Source of the DNA: Bacillus subtilis subsp. subtilis str. 168
Lineage (GTDB): Bacteria > Bacillota > Bacilli > Bacillales > Bacillaceae
Reading direction: 5' to 3'
DNA length: 32,000 nucleotides
Assembly (NCBI RefSeq): GCF_000009045.1
Contig: NC_000964.3
Span: forward strand, 750,001 to 782,000
Shown: positions 26,834 to 32,000 of the stretch, piece after piece
How the letters are laid out: each line of letters begins with the position of its first letter
Numbering within the stretch: position 1 is the first letter of the stretch
Program-made: the position numbers and the translations under genes
Notes under the pieces: model-generated
Databases searched by the model: none
Seen by the model: only the letters and a program-made list of their open reading frames with translations
Told to the model about the DNA's origin: nothing

Positions 26834-29407
26834 ATGAAAAAGATCAAATGGTTATCAGGACAGCCAAAGGTGACAAGCGGCGTGACGTGGGGCATGCCAT
26901 GGAAAAAAGGAGAATTAAAAAAAGGAGACCGTCTGGCGCTTATGAATGAAAACGCGGAAACGCGATATGTGCAAAGCGAACCGTCGGCCTATTGGCCGGA
27001 CGGGAGCATCAAGTGGACGAAGCACGCGGCGGTGTTTGGCGGTCAGGAAAACCAAAGCTTTACAGTGCACAAAAGAGAAGTGCCGCAGCCAACTGAATCG
27101 CTCAGCATTCTTGAGACAGAGCATGATATCCAAGTGGATACAGGAGCACTCGTTTGTACCATTCATAAAACAGGATCTGATTTCATTCAATCATTGCAGA
27201 TCAATGGAAAGCCGATCGCCGCAGGCGGGAGGCTCGTTGCGATAAGAGAAACGAGAAAAGAGTCAGCGGCGAAAATGGTTCTTTTGCATGAAAGGTCTGT
27301 CAGCTTTATCAAACGGGCGGCGATTGAGCAGAGTGGTCCTGTCAAAGCAGTAGTCAAAATCGAGGGAGTGCATGTGCTTCATAAAACGTATGAGGAATGG
27401 CTGCCGTTTGTCATCCGATTAACGTTTTATGCCGGGCTGTCTGAGATCGGCCTTGTGCACACGCAGCTGATTGACAGGAGCGGTAAACTAGAATTCGTTA
27501 AGGGGCTCGGCATCGAATTCGACCTTTTTTTGGAGGGAGAGCCGTACAACCGCCATTTCCGCTTTGCGGGAGAGAAAGGGATGTATAAAGAACCCGCCCA
27601 GCTGTTTGGCACACGTAAATTCAATGAACGATATCCGCTTTATGAAAAACAAATCAATGGCGAAATGCTGTCTCCAGATGAAGAGCATAAGGAATGGTTT
27701 GCACATGGCACACAGAATGCGGTTTGGGACGATGTCAAGATCGTGCAAGATTCCAGCGATCATTACAGCCTGTCAAAACGGACCGGAAAAGATTATGCGT
27801 GGGTTGGAATGCTGCATGGCAGCCGGGCGAAGGGGCTCTGCTATGCGGGCGGAAAAAATGGCGGTGTGGCTCTCGGCCTGCGGTATTTCTTTGAGAAATA
27901 TCCTTCAGCACTGGAAATCACAGGTCTTGCCGGCAGCCGCCCCAAAATGACTATCTGGCTTTGGCCTCCGGACGGCGAAGCGATGGATTTGCGGCATTAT
28001 ACAGGAAACACTCACGTGGCCAGCGCGTATGAAGGCTTTGATGAAATGCGCTCTGATCCGACAGGCATTGCGAACACAAATGAAATAAGCCTGGCGTGCT
28101 TTTCGCACATGCCGTCTGACGAAGTCCTCAATGCGCTGGCTGACAAATGGCAGGCGCCCCCGCTCATTGTATGCGAGCCGGACGTCTATTACGAATCAAA
28201 AGCACTCGGGGTATGGAGCATCATTGACACATCCCATCCGCTCAAAAAAGAGCTGGAAGAACAGCTTGATGCGGCCTTTCTGTTTTATAAAAAGGAAGTA
28301 GAGCAACGCAGATGGTACGGTTTTTGGCATTATGGCGATGTCATGCATACGTATGACCCGATCCGGCATATGTGGCGGTACGATCTCGGCGGATACGCAT
28401 GGCAAAACAATGAGCTCGTTCCGACCCTATGGCTGTGGCAGGCGTTTTTCCGCTCAGGCAGAGAGGATATCTTCCGAATGGCAGAAGCCATGACCCGCCA
28501 TACGAGTGAAACGGACAGCTTTCACCTCGGTGAATATGCCGGGCTTGGCTCACGGCATAATGTTGTGCACTGGGGATGCGGCTGCAAGGAAGCGAGAATC
28601 AGCATGGCCGGGCTTCATAAATTCTATTATTATCTGACGGGTGATGACCGGACGGGAGATCTTTTGACAGAAGTGAAGGATGCCGATTATGCCCTTGTCA
28701 AAACCGATCCGATGCGCGCTTTTTACGAGAAAGGCAAGCACCCGACTCACGCCAGAACGGGACCGGACTGGGCGGCGTTTTGCTCGAACTGGCTGGCGGA
28801 ATGGGAGCGGACCGAAAATTCGGAATATCTCAAAAAAATCGAAACGGGAATCAACTGTCTGAAGCGGCTGCCGCTCCGCTTATTATCTGGCCCGACATTT
28901 GAATATGATCCGGCGACCTCGATGCTTCATCATATGGGAGACGGCATTGCGGGCGGATATCATATGATCATTGCCTTCGGCGCGCCGCAAGTGTGGATGG
29001 AGCTGGCTGAGCTTCTTGATGACTGGGAATGGGAGGATATGCTGAGTGAATTCGGCGAATTTTACACACTCAGTGATGAGGAAAAACGAAAAAAAAGCGG
29101 AGGCGCTCTTCATGACGGGCATTTTCACTGGCCGATGTTCGCCGCCGGTATGACAGCCTACGCCGCAAGAAAAAAGCAAGATCCTCATCTCGCCGCCAAA
29201 GCGTGGAATCTTTTGCTAGAAGATAAGCTCAGCCATACGCCGCTTCCGATCAAACCGGAGCGCATCGAGACATGGACGCAGCTAGAGGAGCTTCCATGGG
29301 TGACAACGAACACTGTCTCTCAATGGTGTTTAAATGTCATAGCGGCGCTGGAACTGATCGGAGATTCCCTTCCGGCAAAAAAAGAAACATCGGGCAAAAA
29401 AGGATAA
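26834..29407 (+). CDS. yetA: Large uncharacterised cytoplasmic protein YetA, 857 aa
   Basis: ATG 26834 lies 7 nt after SD GGAGGGA (26820-26826). The track start 26774 lies inside yesZ. No signal peptide or TM segment seen. I cannot assign a family from sequence alone. Confidence 0.88.
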   Translation: MKKIKWLSGQPKVTSGVTWGMPWKKGELKKGDRLALMNENAETRYVQSEPSAYWPDGSIKWTKHAAVFGGQENQSFTVHKREVPQPTESLSILETEHDIQVDTGALVCTIHKTGSDFIQSLQINGKPIAAGGRLVAIRETRKESAAKMVLLHERSVSFIKRAAIEQSGPVKAVVKIEGVHVLHKTYEEWLPFVIRLTFYAGLSEIGLVHTQLIDRSGKLEFVKGLGIEFDLFLEGEPYNRHFRFAGEKGMYKEPAQLFGTRKFNERYPLYEKQINGEMLSPDEEHKEWFAHGTQNAVWDDVKIVQDSSDHYSLSKRTGKDYAWVGMLHGSRAKGLCYAGGKNGGVALGLRYFFEKYPSALEITGLAGSRPKMTIWLWPPDGEAMDLRHYTGNTHVASAYEGFDEMRSDPTGIANTNEISLACFSHMPSDEVLNALADKWQAPPLIVCEPDVYYESKALGVWSIIDTSHPLKKELEEQLDAAFLFYKKEVEQRRWYGFWHYGDVMHTYDPIRHMWRYDLGGYAWQNNELVPTLWLWQAFFRSGREDIFRMAEAMTRHTSETDSFHLGEYAGLGSRHNVVHWGCGCKEARISMAGLHKFYYYLTGDDRTGDLLTEVKDADYALVKTDPMRAFYEKGKHPTHARTGPDWAAFCSNWLAEWERTENSEYLKKIETGINCLKRLPLRLLSGPTFEYDPATSMLHHMGDGIAGGYHMIIAFGAPQVWMELAELLDDWEWEDMLSEFGEFYTLSDEEKRKKSGGALHDGHFHWPMFAAGMTAYAARKKQDPHLAAKAWNLLLEDKLSHTPLPIKPERIETWTQLEELPWVTTNTVSQWCLNVIAALELIGDSLPAKKETSGKKG

Positions 29408-29434
29408 CAGCCGGAATTTCATAGGAGAAATGGT

Positions 29435-29478
29435 GCAAAAAATGAAGATTGCAAGAATTTATGTAAGCGCTTTATATT
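29435..29478 (+). promoter_or_regulatory. Sigma-A promoter of lplA with an upstream GCAAAAAA box
   Basis: GCAAAAAATGA (29435-29445), TTGCAA (29449-29454), 17-18 nt spacer, TTATAT/TATATT (29472-29478). Confidence 0.55.
29462..29475 (+). promoter_or_regulatory. cre-like site inside the lplA promoter spacer and -10
   Basis: TGTAAGCGCTTTAT matches the cre consensus at 12 of 14 positions. Confidence 0.45.
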
Positions 29479-29528
29479 GAGAGGGGCAAAGGGGAAATGC
29501 AAATTGAAAAAAGGGGGACTTACGCAAC

Positions 29529-31037
29529 ATGAAAATAAGAATGCGAAAAAAATGGATGGCCTTGCCGCTTGCTGCCATGATGATCGCCGGATGCAGCCAT
29601 TCGGAAACATCCAATTCAGCAAGCGGTTCGAAAGATACGATCAAAATTATGGCGCCGCTCTTATCGCCGGAAAGCCCAAGTGATAAGAGCCCTTCATTAA
29701 AAGCGCTCGAAAAATACACAGGCAAAGAGATTAAGGTCACATGGGTGCCTGATTCATCCTACAACGACAAATTCAACATCGTCATGGCTTCAGGAGAGAT
29801 GCCTCACGCGATTGTCATTAAAGATAAGTCAGCCGGCTTTATCAAATCTGTCAAAGCAGGGGCGTTTTGGGAGCTGTCTCCTTATTTAAAAGACTACAAG
29901 AATTTAAGCCAGGCAGATGAAAAGATTTTGAAGAACAGCTCGGTGAACGGCGAGGTGTACGGAATCTACAGAACGAGGGATCTGATCAGGGCGTGTATGA
30001 TCATCAGAACCGACTGGCTGAAAAATGTCGGTCTGGATATGCCGGAAACGCTTGATGATTTCTATGAAGTGCTGAAAGCCTTTAAGGAAAAAGATCCTGA
30101 CGGAAACGGCAAGGATGATACGTACGGCATGGTCGTGCCGAAATGGATGGGACTCGGCAACGGAAGCCCATGGGATGTTCTGCAAATCTGGTTCGGCGCT
30201 CCGAACCGCTACGGTGTTGAAAACGGAAAGCTGATTCCAGATTTTACAACGAAGGAATACATGGATGCGCTCACGTTTTTTAAAAAGCTCTATGATGAGG
30301 GCTTGATCAATAAGGACTTTGCTGTCATGGATTCTGCGAAGTGGAATGATCCGGTTGTAAAAGGAAAAGCGGGTGTCATCGTTGATACAGGCTCAAGAGC
30401 GTCTCAAATCCAAAGCGCGATGGAGGAGGCGGATGAGTCGAACAAGGATATCATTGATATCGTCGGCTCGCTTGAGGGACCGAATGGCAAGCGCACCTTC
30501 CCGACATCTGGTTATTCAGGCATGATCACGATACCAAAATCAAGCGTCAAAACCGAAAAAGAGCTGAAAGAGGTGCTGTCCTTCCTCGATAAGATGAATG
30601 ATAAGGAAGCGCAGATTCTCACGAACAACGGAGTGAAGGGCCGCAATTACGAGCTCAAGGACGGCGTATTCACCTCACTTGAAAAAAACAATAAATCTCT
30701 CCTGTATGAGCATGAAGGCTTGGCACAGTTCAGCATGTCGATTCCGAAAAGCGAGTATTACATCGAAGACCAGAAAACCAAGCTCTTCCAGCATCGCAAG
30801 GACATCATAACCGAAGGAGAAAAAATAGCCGTCTTTAACCCTGCTGAGTCGCTTGTATCTGATGTCTATACCCAAAAAGGAGCCCAGCTTGACAACATCA
30901 TCCTCGACGCGAGAACACAATTTATCATTGGAGAAATTGATGAAAAAGGGTTCGATGATGCGGTGGAGCTTTGGAAAAAAAGCGGCGGCAATGAACTGAT
31001 GAAGGACTTGAACAAATTGTACCAATCGTCAAAATAA
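29529..31037 (+). CDS. lplA: ABC transporter substrate-binding lipoprotein (large family-1 sugar SBP), 502 aa
   Basis: SD AAAGGGGGA lies upstream. Lipoprotein signal MKIRMRKKWMALPLAAMMIAGC (lipobox MIAGC). Confidence 0.92.
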   Translation: MKIRMRKKWMALPLAAMMIAGCSHSETSNSASGSKDTIKIMAPLLSPESPSDKSPSLKALEKYTGKEIKVTWVPDSSYNDKFNIVMASGEMPHAIVIKDKSAGFIKSVKAGAFWELSPYLKDYKNLSQADEKILKNSSVNGEVYGIYRTRDLIRACMIIRTDWLKNVGLDMPETLDDFYEVLKAFKEKDPDGNGKDDTYGMVVPKWMGLGNGSPWDVLQIWFGAPNRYGVENGKLIPDFTTKEYMDALTFFKKLYDEGLINKDFAVMDSAKWNDPVVKGKAGVIVDTGSRASQIQSAMEEADESNKDIIDIVGSLEGPNGKRTFPTSGYSGMITIPKSSVKTEKELKEVLSFLDKMNDKEAQILTNNGVKGRNYELKDGVFTSLEKNNKSLLYEHEGLAQFSMSIPKSEYYIEDQKTKLFQHRKDIITEGEKIAVFNPAESLVSDVYTQKGAQLDNIILDARTQFIIGEIDEKGFDDAVELWKKSGGNELMKDLNKLYQSSK

Positions 31038-31043
31038 ACCGAT

Positions 31044-31065
31044 GCGCCTGCCTTTCGGCGGGCGC
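31044..31065 (+). other. GC-rich hairpin between lplA and lplB, with no U-tract
   Basis: GCGCCTGCC (31044-31052) / GGCGGGCGC (31057-31065) with one G-U pair, loop TTTC, followed by CCCGGTATC. Confidence 0.7.
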
Positions 31066-31091
31066 CCCGGTATCACGAAAGGAGAACAGAT

Positions 31092-32000
31092 ATGGAAACA
31101 GTGCCGAAGAAGAGAGATGCACCTGTTCTCACCGCTGGAAAAGGCATCAGCTGGATGGCTGCGCTCAAACGGGACAAATGGCTTTATCTTCTTCTTATTC
31201 CCGGTCTGCTTTATTTCTTGATTTTCAAATACTTGCCGATGTGGGGTGTGCTGATCGCTTTTAAAGACTATTCGCCATATCTCGGCTTCTGGAAAAGCGA
31301 ATGGGTCGGCTTTGATTATTTCAAAGACTTTTTTATGAATCCGGATTTTTTCCGGCTGCTGCGCAACACCCTCATGCTGGCGAGTCTGGATCTTTTGTTT
31401 GCCTTTCCCGCGCCTCTCATTTTGGCTCTGCTTTTGAATGAGGTAAGAAAGGCCGTGTATAAAAGATGTATCCAAACCTTTATTTACGTACCCCATTTTG
31501 TATCATGGACAATTGTGGTCAGCATCACCTTCGTTTTCTTTACTGTCGATACAGGTGTGATCAACAAATTGATTATGAGCCTGACAGGTGAGCAGATTTC
31601 TTTCTTGTCGGATGCAGACTGGTTCCGGCCAATGATTGTGATGCAAAGCATTTGGAAGGAGACAGGCTGGGGAACGATTCTATTTTTGGCAGCGCTTGCT
31701 ACGGTTGATCAAGAGCAGTATGAAGCGGCCATCATGGACGGAGCGGGGCGGTTCAGGAGAATGTGGCATATTACGCTGCCGGCGATTAGAAGCACCATTA
31801 TCGTTTTGTTGATTTTAAGAATCGGCAGCTTTTTGAATCTTGGCTTTGAACAGGTGTATTTGATGACGAACTCACTCAACCGCAGTGTGGCTGACATCTT
31901 CGACACGTATGTGTACATGATGGGGATTACCCAAGGGGCGTATAGCTACAGCACGGCGGTCGGTTTGTTTAAATCAGTTGTCGGGATTATCTTGATTTTT
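31092..32000 (+). CDS. lplB: ABC sugar transporter permease, 3' end cut by the window edge (303 codons visible)
   Basis: Hand-translated; absent from the track because there is no in-window stop. ATG 31092 follows SD AAAGGAGAA. METVPKKRDAPVLTAGKGISWMAALKRDKWLYLLLIPGLLYFLIFKYLPMWG... EAA loop YEAAIMDGAGRFRRMWHITLPAI. Confidence 0.9.
   Translation, partial: METVPKKRDAPVLTAGKGISWMAALKRDKWLYLLLIPGLLYFLIFKYLPMWGVLIAFKDYSPYLGFWKSEWVGFDYFKDFFMNPDFFRLLRNTLMLASLDLLFAFPAPLILALLLNEVRKAVYKRCIQTFIYVPHFVSWTIVVSITFVFFTVDTGVINKLIMSLTGEQISFLSDADWFRPMIVMQSIWKETGWGTILFLAALATVDQEQYEAAIMDGAGRFRRMWHITLPAIRSTIIVLLILRIGSFLNLGFEQVYLMTNSLNRSVADIFDTYVYMMGITQGAYSYSTAVGLFKSVVGIILIF

Noticed and set aside
29497-29532. 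11-codon uORF (MQIEKRGTYAT) whose stop overlaps the lplA start (ATGA) and which contains the lplA SD
   Set aside because: The geometry looks right for translational coupling. However, the nearest SD-like run (AAGGGG, 29489-29494) is only 2 nt from the uORF's ATG, and the better GAGGGG (29481-29486) probably lies at or upstream of the transcription start. There is no supporting evidence.

Overview
All real genes in this window are on the + strand. From gene order and protein sequences (recognised from memory, no search run) it matches the Bacillus subtilis 168-type chromosome segment yeeG-rapH-phrH-yeeI-yeeK-yezE-yesEF-cotJABC-yesJ-yesK-yesLMN-yesOPQRSTUVWXYZ-yetA-lplAB. The functional modules are: (1) a RapH/PhrH quorum-sensing cassette, whose 57-codon phrH is below the ORF-track size cutoff. 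(2) A YebC-family regulator and the low-complexity Gly/Tyr/His spore-coat gene yeeK. (3) A TetR-controlled yezE-yesE-yesF module. (4) The sigma-E spore-coat operon cotJABC. (5) A GNAT gene and a small membrane protein gene. (6) The large rhamnogalacturonan-I (pectin) utilisation locus. This locus holds the yesLMN sensor module, the yesOPQ ABC importer, GH105 yesR, the membrane-anchored AraC regulator yesS, SGNH esterases yesT and yesY, PL11 lyases yesW and yesX, GH42 yesZ, the orphan yetA, and the start of the lplABC importer. I found no tRNA or rRNA genes, CRISPR arrays, IS elements, prophage genes or recognisable defence systems. Every long minus-strand ORF in the track looks like a shadow of a + strand gene. 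The loci are known, so I do not claim a new system. The least-explained parts are: a three-copy palindromic motif, including a perfect 23-nt direct repeat that brackets yesEF (putative YezE operators). The DUF624 paralogues yesL and yesV, which are translationally coupled to neighbouring genes. YesS, which has the same two-TM sensor layout as YesM, so its architecture resembles a fusion of YesM and YesN. Repeat and box motifs plus cre-like palindromes at the yesL, yesO, yesW and lplA control regions. A GC-rich hairpin between the only SD-like sequence and the yesX start codon. The 857-aa orphan YetA, which sits directly behind a strong terminator.
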